NCBI RefSeq assembly: GCF_028641065.1
Contig: NC_073390.1
Coordinates: forward strand, 37,200,001-37,264,000
Length of the DNA stretch: 64,000 nucleotides
Source of the DNA: Leucoraja erinacea
Taxonomy: Eukaryota
Reading direction: 5' to 3'
Shown one piece after another: positions 36,505 through 49,402 of the stretch. The position numbers and the translations under genes are program-made. Below the pieces are notes generated by a model. The model saw only the letters and a program-made list of their open reading frames with translations, was not told where the DNA came from and did not search any database. Position 1 is the first letter of the stretch; each line of letters opens with the position of its first letter.

Positions 36505-37644
36505 TCAGTGTTCAAAATGCTTTAAAGCCAAGAACCGGCACCTTGTATTTTATGCGTTTTTTAATGGGTTTTTTTGTGATTTACGTGTTTTTGAAATAAC
36601 ATTTCAAATAACATTGAATAACTTTCCTTTAATATTAACATTTGATTTACATGTTGGAAATAATGTGCCCAAATTTACCGCTGACTGTGTAGTCACGTAT
36701 ATGTTTAATTTACATGTTCTTTTTAATTACGTGATGCTTTTCAGCACGTATCCCTCATGTAAAATGTGAGGAGTGTACTTTCTGAAATTTAGTTCTAACA
36801 TAAGGAACTCAATACTTTGAAAAACAGGTTTCAGATTCCCCTTGTATATGATGCATGCACATTTTCACTCCTATTCACACACACGCACCACTGATAGATG
36901 TGCAGTGAAAGCTAATGGCTTACAGTTCATTTCATAATATAACATGTAAAATATGTATTCATATATCTAAGGGACAGAATGGCATAGGACGCTCACACAG
37001 TAGCAGGTCTTAACGGAGTGTTGCGTCTTGCTTTTGCGTGTCTAGATTTACCAGATTTATGGTCCAAGACCATTTTCCCATGTTGATCCTCTTTAACAAT
37101 GTTCAATACGATATCATTCACAAATATACAATGTTGCTCTTCTCCCTATCAGTTCTGTAACGCTGACCAGACACCACACCAAGCATGCCTTTATACGACA
37201 ATATTTCTTCCTCACTGTGGAAACACAGAGTCTGCACTGACCAGCGATCACCCGTACACAGGTTCTGGGTCCAGGAAGAGACCCAAACCTTAAGAATGTC
37301 CTATCTTTGCTATCCATCGATACACACTCCCAGCTCATCCCCAGCTGCCTTACATCCTCCCAACCCTTGACCTAAGCATCAAGGGTATAAATGTACAATA
37401 CAAATCTTTGCTTCTTATCCTTCACTGAGGTAGAAAATGGTAGAAATAGAAGGGAGGCATTATGAGGAGAGAGGCCTGTCACGTACAGGTTCTCACTGGG
37501 CTGAAGACAAGGGCCCCCCTTCTTATGGCCAGAGAGACCACTGAGCCCATTAAATGACTTCCTCGGTAATAAAATTCCCCAAGAAGGAACGAGCTGCTAG
37601 GGAGGGGTGTTTGCAGTCTCCAATGAGCGTCACAGCTTCCTTAT

Positions 37645-37866
37645 GAAGAGTTCTGTTGTGAGCCAAGGGGCTTTTTAAATGGTGTCCAATTTTCCCGAAG
37701 CTAGCCTTCAACATAGTCGAAGGAGGTCAAAGGAGGTCTTCTACATAGTTGAAGGAGGGCGAAGGAGGTCTTCTACATAGTTGAAGGTCTTCAACATGAC
37801 ATTTTTTCAAACTCTCCTAAACTCTTCTAAACTCGCCAATTAGGTTGCCGCAGTGGGACAGCCCCT
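37645..37866. mobile_element. Partial MITE of the same TIR superfamily
   Basis: Right end AGTGGGACAGCCCCT and internal repeats of GAAGGAGGTCTTCTACATAGTT. The left TIR was not found. Confidence 0.5.
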
Positions 37867-38019
37867 CTAGTTTAGTTTAGTTTTAGAGATACATATACTG
37901 TACATTGATGTTGCTCTGCTTCTTCAACTGTCCCTACTACTGTACTAACAAAATAATTTTGCACAGTTTAGGGAATTACACATTTTAATAGTATTTCTCA
38001 AACCATTTGGCTTAGGTTC

Positions 38020-38510
38020 ATTTAGAAATACAGCGTGTAAACACAGAGTCTGCACCGACCAGTGATCACCTGTGCACAGGTTCTATCCTACACACTAGGG
38101 GCAATTCATTCAGTGTGTAGGATAGAATTACTGTAGTGTTTCTATCTTTCCTCCCATGTTGCAAAGACAATGTGGGAGGAAAGATAGAGCCACAACAGTA
38201 GTTCTATGCCACATACTGTGAATTGCCCCTGGTGTGTTGGATAGAACTAAGGTACCGGAGCACCTGGAGGAAACCCGCATGGTCACAAGGAGCATCCGAG
38301 GTCAGGATTGAACCCAGGTCTCTGGTGCTCTCAGACAGTGGATCTACCAGCGATCCGCAGAATTCACACAATTCACCAAAGTCATTTAAACTACAAACCT
38401 GCATGTCTTTGCAATGTGGGAGGAAACTGGAGCACCCAGAGAAAACCCACGTTGTCACAGGGAGCACCCAAGATGAATTAAACTCGGATCTCTGGCACTG
38501 TAAGGTAAGC
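38020..38510. mobile_element. Cluster of rearranged HE1-like SINE fragments
   Basis: GGAGCACCTGGAGGAAACCC and GGAGCACCCAGAGAAAACCC cores on the - strand, with short inverted pieces. Confidence 0.6.
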
Positions 38511-38589
38511 AACCAGGAGAATTCTATCCTTGTTCTGCCTGACAGAGAGGGAGTGAGAGCAGAACCACAGGACACAGAGGAGACACGGG

Positions 38590-38880
38590 TGAGGAATCCA
38601 TCTATGACAGCAAAGGGGAAACCACATGTACTAAAAAAAGAGGACTTCTTTGATGTCCAAGAATGGAAAGCATCAACCTGGGAGCAGAGGTGGCAGAAAC
38701 AGAAATTGGGAGAAGGGGGATAGTGTCTTTGCTGGAGGTAGGATGGGAGAAGTTGTAGTCCAGATAACTGGGGGAATGGATATGTTTGCAGTAGAAGTCA
38801 GTCAACAGTCTGTGATGGAGACAGAGAAATCAAGAAAAGTGAGAGAGGTATCAGATAGTTCAAGTGAATTGGAATGCATA
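38590..38880 (-). mobile_element. Penelope-like element RT C-terminal fragment (decayed)
   Basis: YCKHIHSPSYLDYNFSHPTSSKDTIP matches the PLE pattern Y.KPT....YL...S.HP...K..IP. Confidence 0.7.
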
Positions 38881-40894
38881 GTGGAAGTTATCCCTTTCCC
38901 AGTTTTGATGAAGGCTCCTTGAATCAAAATTGTAACTGTTCCTCATTCCACAGATACCGCCTGACTTGCTGAATATTCAACTTTTGTGATCAATTCCCTT
39001 AATCCTTGCCCAGATATGCTCTTAAATCACACCATGATTTCTGGAGTCAGATGAAGGGGAAGGGGGCAGGAAACAATGTCTAAATCTCTGAGGGGTGCTG
39101 TTATGAGCTATTCCTTCTGTTGATTCCTGCACCCAGTTAACATGTTATGCAATGTGTCAAAAGGAGACCAAAAATTGTATGACATGAGGCACCGTTATTT
39201 ACTGTGTTGCCTGGGTTCAATGCCACACAAACTCACAGATCAAATACCAAACCAAACCAGGAAGAAGTCTATAAAGAGAATTTGATATTGATCTTGTTTT
39301 CAATCATTCCAAACAGTACACAAGGTAAGAACTCAATTATATTTAGTTAAAAGCAGAAAAAAAGATATGTGATACAATCCATTAGTAAGGTTTCATGGTC
39401 AGTTTATTGTCACATATACCAATTAAGGTACAGCGAAATTCGAAGTACCAGTAATATGTGATTGCTCCAAAACCACTGTTTATTTTCCGTATCAATGTGT
39501 TTAGTCAAGTAGGGATATCATTTGCAATGACCCACTGTGTAATTTGTCATCTGAAATGAACCATTTGTAATAGCAAAGTATGAGCAGAAATAACAGCTAC
39601 AAAACATTAACATTTATATAATTAAGTTTGCCAAATCAGATTAATGTCTGACCATATAAAAGGAGCATTGTGACATTGATACAATCACTTGAAAAATATA
39701 GTTCAAATATTAATTGGTCTTTCTGCGTGGGTCCTTTGCCAAACATATTTGTATGCAATTTTAAATATCTCACTATGCACCCTTCCTGTAAAGTTAACTA
39801 GAACTTTTTTTGTGCACTGTCTGCTTTTCAAAGCTGATTGTCGCTGTCAATATACAAGAACCATACAATTGTGGCATGCTTTGCACATAAGAAACAATGT
39901 ACATTAGTTAGCCATTAAACACTGGATTAATAACACACAGAGGGAAATACAATTATACAAAATACATGTTTCCTGGGAACAGGTGGTCTTCAAATTCCAG
40001 GCATATCTGATTAAACACAGACAGTCCTACATGCAAGGTTAGTTACTCTGACATGAACAAACACTGATAATTGCAACTAATTCCATTACAGAGAAATTTA
40101 AGCTCAAAATGATGTCTCCACTAGACATTATACTACTGAATAAAGAACTGTTCTTGATTACACAATTACCAAACAATTGCTGCAAAGGGATTTAAACAGA
40201 AAATACACCCTCTCATCTTGACAAAATAAAACAAAGCAAAAACAGGATGAAAAGATTGTCAAGAAAATTGCATTTCATTGTGGGACAAGTGAATTCATTT
40301 TTGCGAAGGGCACTCCATCAGGACAGTTAAAGTCATCTTGGCCTGGCCCCCTACAAACAATGCAGCAGCCAATTTGTGCTTCGAAAAAGCTTCCACACCT
40401 ACCACTGCCTACCACTTTCTAACCAGGCAACGGAGACCACAGCAGCGACCTGCCCCCGCTTTCATGGAAAATAGCCTACATTTCTTGGAAATCCTAACCT
40501 CTCAAAAATAAAGATTCAAATCCAGGTTAAATTTCCATTCTTTTTCACAAAGGTAATGTGGTGTGATGATTCTCTAACTGGTTCTGTTGCATCAAGGCAA
40601 AATTGACACAAACAGTTTGATGGAGGATGTAGAAGAGTAATTAAAGCCTGCAGCTCACTGCATGTGGGTTTTCACATCTCAATTTGTAGCAAGCACCCAT
40701 AACAGAATTGAGCCCTTAAAGTCAACATAATATTTAATGGGTAATTAAGAAGAACTGTAATTGTTTTCTATCATTTCTAATCAGTGGGATGTACATTTTC
40801 AAGATACTTATTAGAGAAATTAACATGCAAATCTCCAATAGAAACAAAAGCAGGCCATTGGCCTCAAGCTAACTACCTCTGTAATGTAAAAACA

Positions 40895-41105
40895 AAGAAC
40901 TGCAGATGCTGTTTAATACCAAAGATAAACACTAAGTGCTGGAGTAACTCAGCGCGCCAGACAACATCTTTGGAGGAATAGGATAGCTGATGTTTCAGGT
41001 TGGGTCCCTTCTTCAGACAGTCTGAAGAAGGAGCCCGACCCAAAACATCATCTATCCTTTTCCCCAGAGTTGCTGCCTGACCCACGGAGTTACCCCAGCA
41101 CTTTA
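40895..41105. mobile_element. Inverted pair of Penelope-like terminal repeats with back-to-back degenerate hammerhead motifs
   Basis: ...CCCTTCTTCAGAC-A-GTCTGAAGAAGG... forms the symmetry centre near 41019. Confidence 0.7.
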
Positions 41106-41595
41106 GGTCTACCAGTGTAATGTTTCTCATTGTGCCCCTTCCCACAATGCCAAGATAGTCCTTAATATCCTTAAATTAAACAGGTTTATTAAAATTCTTC
41201 CATGCATTTAGAAGCAGGTTGGAGGTTTGCTTCATTTAGTGATGAGTATTTAGTTTTGCAAGGTACCTTGGGCAAGGTCTTAGGTAAGGCCCAAAAAGCT
41301 GGAAGGTTGGTTTGCTCTCTTCCCACAACCTAACACCCACCTCCACCCCTTCCTCCATCTCTCTGCCCCCACCTGATATCCACCTCCCACCCCACCCAGT
41401 GTCATGCCTTAATTTTCTATTCAATAAATTCCCTACACGGTAAGAAGCCTGACTACCAGAGAGCAATTTACAGAACAACACAAGTATGTCCAGTCTAAAT
41501 GACGGTGAGAAATGTCTGATCTCTAAACGTTAACCCTGATTCCAAAGTGGGTTTTAAACCCTAGGGAGGAGGAGAGATTGCAGTAATCCATATGT

Positions 41596-42016
41596 CATAG
41601 AAACATAGAAACATAGAAATTAGGTGCAGGTGTAGGCCATTTGGCTCTTCAAGCCAACACCAACCAGCATTCAATATGATCATGGCTGATCATCTAAAAT
41701 CTGTACCCCGTTCTTGCTTTCTCCCCATATCTCTTGATTCCTATGGCCATAAAAGCTATATCTAACTCTCTCTTGAAAACATCCATTGAATTGGCCTCCA
41801 CTGCCTTCTGTGGCAGAGAATTCTACAGATTCACAACTCTCTGGATGAAAATGTTTTTCTTCATCTCAGTCCTAAATGGCCTACTCCTCATTCTAAAACT
41901 GTGACCCCTGGTTCTGGACCCCCAACATCTGGAACATTTTTCCTGCATCCAGCCTGTCCAATCCCTTAAGAATTTTATATTTCTATAAGAATTCCCTCTC
42001 ATCCTTCTAAATTCCA
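41596..42016 (-). mobile_element. CR1-type LINE 3' end
   Basis: LEFRRMRG...RTRGHS...QRVVNL with a (TTTCTATG)n tail. Confidence 0.88.
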
Positions 42017-44199
42017 AATCCAACAGATCCAGAATGCTCTAGAACAGGGAATGGGAAAGCGATTTTCAATTATGAGGTAAACTGTGCCTTCGGGTAAGCA
42101 GAAATGGTGTAAAGATACTTACTTTGGTCCCGTAGCTGTACTAAATTTACTTCAGCTGCCTAGATTGCCAAGGCCTGGAAACGTTGGTGACCAACAATAA
42201 AACCTGCAAAGCAGGTTGAGTCAGAGGCTTCCTGCTTCTTGAACCTATTTCAAACGGCAGCTCACTTCCTGGGAGTGAGAGTTGGCCACTCGCCCATCAC
42301 CTCACCTCAATACAATCCACAAGTCAGCTGCTTCCTCAAATTAGTGTCTCCTTTAGTCCCTCCCTGCATTCAAACTGACGCCTCACCTATGTTAAAATTC
42401 CCAAATATATCCATCAGATACGTTCTCAACACATCTCTAGATGAGGCATATAGATCATGTGCAGGGTGGGGAAATTAAATTTAACTTGGTATCATGTTTG
42501 GCACTGACACTGTGAGCAGAAGAGTTTGTTCCTGGGCTGCACTGTTCCAAGTCTACGTAGTATTGAGCTGTGCTATTAATGAGATGGTCCTAATACCATG
42601 CAACTTAACAAGGGTAGGAAACGTCACAAAGTTAAATAGAGATAACATTTGAATTTTTTGCTAAATGAGCATAAGTTTCACAAAAAACACCCAACTAATC
42701 CAATATTTGTTACAAAGCATTTTGTGCAATAGCATAAATCATGTTTAAATTCCTCAGGTGCAATTGTATAATGGAATGCTACTTCTGCATTATTTTTTTA
42801 TAATGACCACAGTGATGTAAATGGAAATGTAAACACCTTTTTTAAGGAGGCATTGTGTGGAGTCATTTATCAAATTGTCTTTCTGCCTTCCACCCATTAG
42901 CACTTTNNNNNNNNNNNNNNNNNNNNNNNNNNNNNNNNNNNNNNNNNNNNNNNNNNNNNNNNNNNNNNNNNNNNNNNNNNNNNNNNNNNNNNNNNNNNNN
43001 NNNNNNNNNNNNNNNNNNNNNNNNNNNNNNNNNNNNNNNNNNNNNNNNNNNNNNNNNNNNNNNNNNNNNNNNNNNNNNNNNNNNNNNNNNNTATTTATAT
43101 TTAGCTGTATAAAAGTCTTGAAATTAATCCAGAAATTAAACGTGGCACGTAATTATTCATGCACACTCATCGCCTTCATCAATTGGTCTATTGCCAGAAT
43201 AAAGAAGTTTTAAAAACAAGAGAACCACTGTGTCTTTCAGTCCAACCACGTGAAGGTGGAAATTTACCTGGTTATTCTGTCTGAAGTCACATGAATCTCT
43301 AGCAGCATCAATGCAATCAACTCCTTTGGCAATGGTATTGATAAAAATGAAATTCATTTTTTAATGTAACAACCTTGATATCAATAGTTTCTCATATGTT
43401 GTAAATTGTAAATATCTTTTGATTCAGGTAGTAGTATTTATGTCTCAAAGATAGGAAGTTATGAATGTGCATTCTCTAGAATTTAATAGTACAAATTTTG
43501 ACCCTTCGTGGGTTTTTGGCAGGCTTTGGGTTCAAATTAATGTATTTTAACCCATTTATATAATCTCCTTTTCATGAGTCAGATACCAATTTAAACAAGG
43601 TAAAAGCACGGCTTCCAAAGGGCTGTGATGGAACTCAGGCAGAGACTGATGGCCACCACTAGTGTGAACACTGACTATCAAGATAATGATGCACTGTGGG
43701 AGATGCAGTGAGAGGGTGTGGATGCCTGCCAAGTTCATTTCATTTCCATACAACGTCAATAATTACAGAACTTCGTCCATTGCAACAACCAATTCAGCCT
43801 CAGGCCTGTTCTGCGTCTCAATAATATCACAGCTAAACTCAAGTTCAAGTTCAAGTGAGTTTATTGTCATGTGTCTCAGATAGGACAATGAAATTCTTGC
43901 TTTGCTTCAGCACACAGAACATAGTAGGCATTTACTACAAAACAGATCAATGTGTCCATATACCATTATATAAATATAAACACATGAATAAATAGACTGA
44001 TAAAGTGCAAATAACAGATAATGGGTTATTAATGATCAGGGTTTTGTATCCTCCATCTGTATCCTAACACTATTTACCCATCATTATACCATCATTATCC
44101 CACCATTATCCCACAATTATCCCACCATTATCCCACATGCTTTTTACTGCACAGCAAAAAAACATTAATCAGTTAGGAATAAAAGTAACTTAGTTCTTG

Positions 44200-44420
44200 G
44201 GTAGACACAAAATGCTGGAGTAACTCAGCGGGTGAGGCAGCATCTATGGAGAGAAGGAATGGGCGACATTTCGGGTCGAGACCCTTCTTAGCCTGAAGAA
44301 GGGTCTCGACCCGAAACATCGCCCATTCCTTCTCTCCATAGATGCTGCCTCACCCGCTGAGTTACTCCAGCATTTTGTGTCTACCTTTGATTTTACCAGC
44401 ATCTGCAGTTCTTTCTTACA
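44200..44420. mobile_element. Near-perfect inverted pair of Penelope-like terminal repeats
   Basis: 90-bp arms at 44200-44289 and 44296-44385 with a 6-nt spacer. They differ only at the decayed ACGT CpG. Confidence 0.8.
44291..44324 (+). ncRNA. Minimal type I hammerhead ribozyme motif (Penelope-associated; activity unproven)
   Basis: CTGAAGA (44293-44299), A, stem II GGGTC-TC-GACCC, GAAA, then CATC with predicted cleavage after 44320. Confidence 0.6.
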
Positions 44421-45801
44421 ACTTAAAGTTCTTACCGTGTGGTCTTTTTGTCAGCTTTATCGATTTACCCCATGGGTACAGATTGCATCAACCACTATCA
44501 TAGTGGGATGTTAATTCTGACCTGTTTTCCCCACTGCCTAGACTTAACTGATTCAGTTCACAAAAAGCACAGAAATGCAAAGAGATCTGTGTACACACAT
44601 TGCATCAAAAATAGCATGGGTTGTGCTTGAGGATTAACACTGCACCAGTTAATTTAGCACTGCATTACAATCACATGATTCCTTAATTTAATTTCTTCAA
44701 TCAGTAATCAACTTTGTAAAATTCAGTTTACATGTTAAACCTTGAACCTGTTAAAGTTCATGAAATATTGCTTCCATTGCATTGCAAATCAAATTTTAAT
44801 AAATTATTTAGGTTTTTTTAAGGCGTCTTTTATTGCATGTTGATGCAGGATAGCTTGACCTACATAAGATGCAACCCAAACCTATATATCCTGTTGAATC
44901 TTTGAAGACATTGGCGATAATAATTGTTATTTGTCACTCATGACACTTGAAATACTTCTTTGTATGTTTTCATCTCTACTGCAAGTATTTTTAAACATTA
45001 AATCTTAACAATTTGTATTTTGTTTAGGGATTTGTGGAGTGAGTTTCAGGATTTGAGGGCAAAGTCTTTTACACAGAGAGGGGTTGATATCTGGAACATG
45101 CTGCCAGAGGAGGTGGTGAAAGGAGTTACCATCACTCTTCTAAGAGACATTTAGACAGTAATTTGAATAGTTCAGTACAGCTCAGTATACAGACCTAATG
45201 CAAGCAGATTGGATTCGAAAAGATGGGCATGGCTGTAGACACAAAATGCTGGAGTAACTCAGCGGAACAGGCAGCATCTCTGGAGAGAAGGCATGGGTGA
45301 CGTTTTGGGTTGAGAAACATGGCTGTGCTGGGCACAAGGACCCAATTCTGTGCTATCAAACTGTATCTGTGATCTGGAAAAATAACCTAAAATTAAACAA
45401 GCCATGTCCTTACAAAAGTGAACAGTTTAAAACATCTTTAAATTTAAAACAAATTTAAAACATCTGTGACATAGAATCTTAATACAATTTTTCTATTTAT
45501 TAAAATCTGAAAACCTTTGGAAATGCAGGTTTGTGAGTGCTACTTGGGAGGGCTTAAACTTGCGTGGCAGGGAGTGAGGGTGGGAACCGAGGCAGTAGAT
45601 CAGCAGGTGGAGTGCTTGAGGGGAAGGTGGAAGATAAATCAATTAAGTCTAAATAATTGTAGAGCCAAGATGATGAACACAACATGAGAGATGGTCTGAA
45701 CTGTCTTGTTTTAATGGAAGGAGTATAAAAGGTAAAGTTGATAACCTTAGAGCCTAGATTAGTACATTAAACTATGATATTATAGCTATTATAGCATATT
45801 A

Positions 45802-46354
45802 TAGCAAGTGTTATTTTCTAAGCGCAGTGTTATTTTCTACGCTGTTGTCTGCTGGGGCAACAGCATTAGTGAAAAAAACAACAAGAAGCTGGAAGCTGGT
45901 TAAATGAACTAGCTCAGTGCTGGAGGTGAGAGTAGACTCTGGGATGGATGTGCTTGAGAGGCGTATGAGGCACAAAGTGCAGGTCATCCTGAAAAACCCC
46001 GGGCATCCCCTCCATGTAATTCTGGAGAGTCAAAAGAGCACTCGGAACAGCAACCGGCTCCTTTCCCTGCGCTGTAGAACGGAGCGGTTCAGGAGATCCT
46101 TCACCCCTGCAGCCATTAGATTTTATAATTCGGATTGCTATGCTGTAGGGGGATGCATTTTTGATTTTTTTTAAATTTTAATTATTAATTATTGGTCTTT
46201 TTAAGTATTTATTGCTCTCAGGTAGTGTCCACAGTGTAGTCTATGTATTTTCTGTCTGCGTTCATTTTGAATCTGTGGGTTTGTTGGTTGGGGGCTTCTG
46301 GACATCTGAATTTCCCTGAGGGGATCAATAAAGTATCTATTATTATTATTATTA

Positions 46355-46392
<38 letters not shown>
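45802..46392 (+). mobile_element. Rex1/Babar-type LINE 3' fragment with (TTA)n tail
   Basis: SVIFYAVVCWG, then ILKNPGHPLH...RLLSLRCRTERFRRSF.PAAIRFYN, then AATAAA and (TTA)n. Confidence 0.85.
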
Positions 46393-46494
46393 TCAGTAAC
46401 TTAGTTGAGAGAAGGGCAGGACTGGCACATCAAAGTTGCAGGCTATGAATGTTTTGTCATGACAGAGAGGGATGAAAAAGAAATGAAGGAATTT

Positions 46495-46795
46495 TAGTTT
46501 TAGAGATACAGCACAGAAATAGGCCCTTCGGCCCATTGAGCCCATGCCGACCATTGAGCATCCGCTCACGCATGTTCTATATTATCCCAACTTCTCACCC
46601 ATTCCCTACACATCAGAGGCAATTTTACATATGCCAATTAACCTACAAATTCACCCGTCTTGGGGATAAGCAAGGAAACCAGAGCACCCAAAGGAAACCT
46701 ATGTGGTCACAAGGAGAATGTGAAAACTCCACACAGATGGCACCCAATGTCAGAATCGTGAGAGGCAGTGGCTCCACCTGCTGAGCCACTGCGTC
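46495..46795 (-). mobile_element. HE1-like V-SINE
   Basis: AGGCCCTTCGGCCC end and AAACC.GAGCACCC core on the - strand. Confidence 0.75.
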
Positions 46796-47179
46796 GACCA
46801 TTACTGAGTAGTATTACAAACTACCGCTACACTTAGAGAGGACATTTATGGGGGCTCATCCAGTGAGACTATGTGGGTAGAACTCAGTAATCAGCCAGTT
46901 GTAATCATTAAGATGGGTTTAAATTGTAAGCCCCCCAATAACTGCAGGAGTTAAAGAAACAAATATGCAGGCAGATCATGGAAAGACTTCAAAGTAGGGT
47001 TAATGCAGTGATTTATACTGCCAGTATTGACTAAGACTGTGCCAGGGACTCAAATGGAGCAGAATATGAAGATAGTTTAACTAGGGATAGGGCCATACTA
47101 GAATTTATGTTGGAAAATTAGCCTGACCGAGTGATCAAAATTTACATGGGGGGTGTTTAGGGAATAGTCACTGTATTTG

Positions 47180-49402
47180 GGGGAGATGGGGGAGATATTG
47201 AACAATTTATTTTCTTCGGTATTCACCAAGGAGAAAGATATTGAATTATGTGAGGTAAGGGAAACTAGTAGAGTAGCTATGGATACTATGAGTTTCAAAG
47301 TAAAAGAAGTACTGACACTTTTGAAAAATATAAAAGTGGATAAGTCTCCAGGTCCTGACAGGATATTCCCTTGGACATTTAGGGATGTTAGTGTAGAAAT
47401 AGCCGGGGCTATGACAGAAATATTTCAAATGTCATTAGAAACGGGAATAGTCCCCGAGGATTGGCGTACTGCGCATGTTGTTCCATTGTTTAAAAAGGGT
47501 TCTAAGAGTAAACCTAGCAAGTATAGGCCTGTTAGTTTGACTTCAGTGGTGGGAAAATTAATGGAAAAGATACTTAGAGATAATATATATAAGCATCTGG
47601 ATAAACAGGGTCTGATTAGGAACAGTCAGCATGGATTTGTGCCTGGAAGGTCATGTTTGACTAATCTTCTTGAATTTTTTGAAGAGGTTACTAGGGAAAT
47701 TGACAAGGGTAAAGCAGTGGATGTTGTCTATATGGACTTTAGTAAGGCCTTTGACAAGGTTCCTCATGGAAGGTTGGTTAAGAAGGTTCAACTGTTGGGT
47801 ATAAATGCAGGAGTAGCAAAATGGATTCAACAGTGGCTGAATGGGAGAAGCCAGAGGGTAATGGTGGACGGTTGTTTGTCGGGTTGGAGGCAGGTGACTA
47901 GTGGGGTGCCTCAGGGATCGGTGTTGGGTCTTTCGTTGTTTGTCATGTACATCAATGATCTGGATGAAGGTGTGGTAAATTGGATTAGTAAGTATGCAGA
48001 TGATACCAAGATAGGGGGTGTCGTGGATAATGAAGAGGATTTCCAAAGTCTACAGAGTGATTTAGGTCATTTGGAAGAATGGGCTGAAAGATGGCAGATG
48101 GAGTTTAATGCTGATAAATGTGAGGTGCTACATCTTGGCAGGACAAATCAAAATAGGACGTACATGGTAAATGGTAGGGAATTGAAGAATACAGTTGAAC
48201 AGTGGGATCTGGGAATAACCGTGCATAGTTCCTTGAAGGTGGAATCTCATATAGATAGGGTGGTAAAGAAAGCTTTTGGTATGCTAGCCTTTATAAATCA
48301 GAGCATTGAGTATAGAAGCTGGGATGTAATGTTAAAATTGTGTATATGGTAGTGCTCTTTCCATCGGGCGTTAATGGACTCATTCTCCTTCAGCAGTTCT
48401 TTTGTGTGCAGGGGGTTTAAGCCACGGTAGCTTGGACCATAGAATGCCTTAGTAGCGCTGAAGAAGCCTCTGGTGTCACCCAAGTCTTCCAGTCTCTGGA
48501 TTTCCAGAGCCTTATCTGTCCACCAAGAGTTCTTCAGCTCCTTCACCTGGCTTTTAGCGTCCGCCTTGGCTCTGGAGTGAGCCGCTCTTTTGGCCTTTCA
48601 CGTTACTTCATTTTGCCAGACAAGAAAGGCTTTCCTTTTCTGCTTCATTTGAATCCTCCTCTTTCTCGTGCTTTTGATGGACATCATGGAGCAGATGAGG
48701 CGATGATCTGTCCAGCAGTCATCTGTATCGATCATGGCCCTTGTGATGTTCACGTCCGCGGTCCCTAGTTTGTACAATGACATAGTGTACAATGAGTATA
48801 GAAGTTGGGATGTAATGTTAAAATTGTACAAGACATTGGTGAGGCCAATTCTGGAGTATGGTGTACAATTTTGGTCGCCTAATTATAGGAAGGATGTCAA
48901 CAAAATAGAGAGAGTACAGAGGAGATTTACTAGAATGTTGCCTGGGTTTCAACAACTAAGTTACAGAGAAAGATTGAATAGGTTAGGTCTTTATTCTCTG
49001 GAGCGCAGAAGGTTAAGGGGGACTTGATAGAGGTCTTTAAAATGATGAGAGGAATAGACAGAGTTGATGTGGATCAGCTTTTCCCTTTGAGAATAGGGAA
49101 GATTCAAACAAGAGGACATGACTTCAGAATTAAGGGACAGAAGTTTAGGGGTAACATGAGGGGGAACTTCTTTACTCAGAGAGTGATAGCGGTGTGGAAT
49201 GAGCTGCCAGTGGAAGTGGTGGAGGCAGGTTCGTTGGTATTATTTAAAATTAAATTGGATAGGCATATGGATGAGAAGGGAATGGAGGGTTATGGTATGA
49301 GTGCAGGCAGGTGGGACTAAGAGAAAAAAGATGTTCGGCATGGACTTGTAGGGCCGAGATGGCCTGTTTCCGTGCTGTAATTGTTATATGGTTATATGGT
49401 TA
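47180..49402 (+). mobile_element. Young CR1-type LINE ORF2 RT region to 3' end, interrupted at 48342-48792
   Basis: A 391-aa ORF with [35 protein letters not shown] and YADD continues as LVRPILEY...TRGHD. The tail is (GTTATATG)n. Confidence 0.95.
48342..48792 (-). mobile_element. Internal RTE-clade LINE fragment captured inside the CR1
   Basis: DVNITRAM..DDCWTDHRLI (end of the endonuclease) and NSWWTDKALEIQ...FFSATKAFYGP...INARWKEH. No 3' tail. Flanked by a 35-bp host duplication. Confidence 0.8.

Noticed and set aside
39142-39285. Short ORF containing YLLCCLGS as a possible extra chemokine exon
   Set aside because: There is no third Cys or AIIF motif at the right spacing, it has an early stop, and the exon size does not match.
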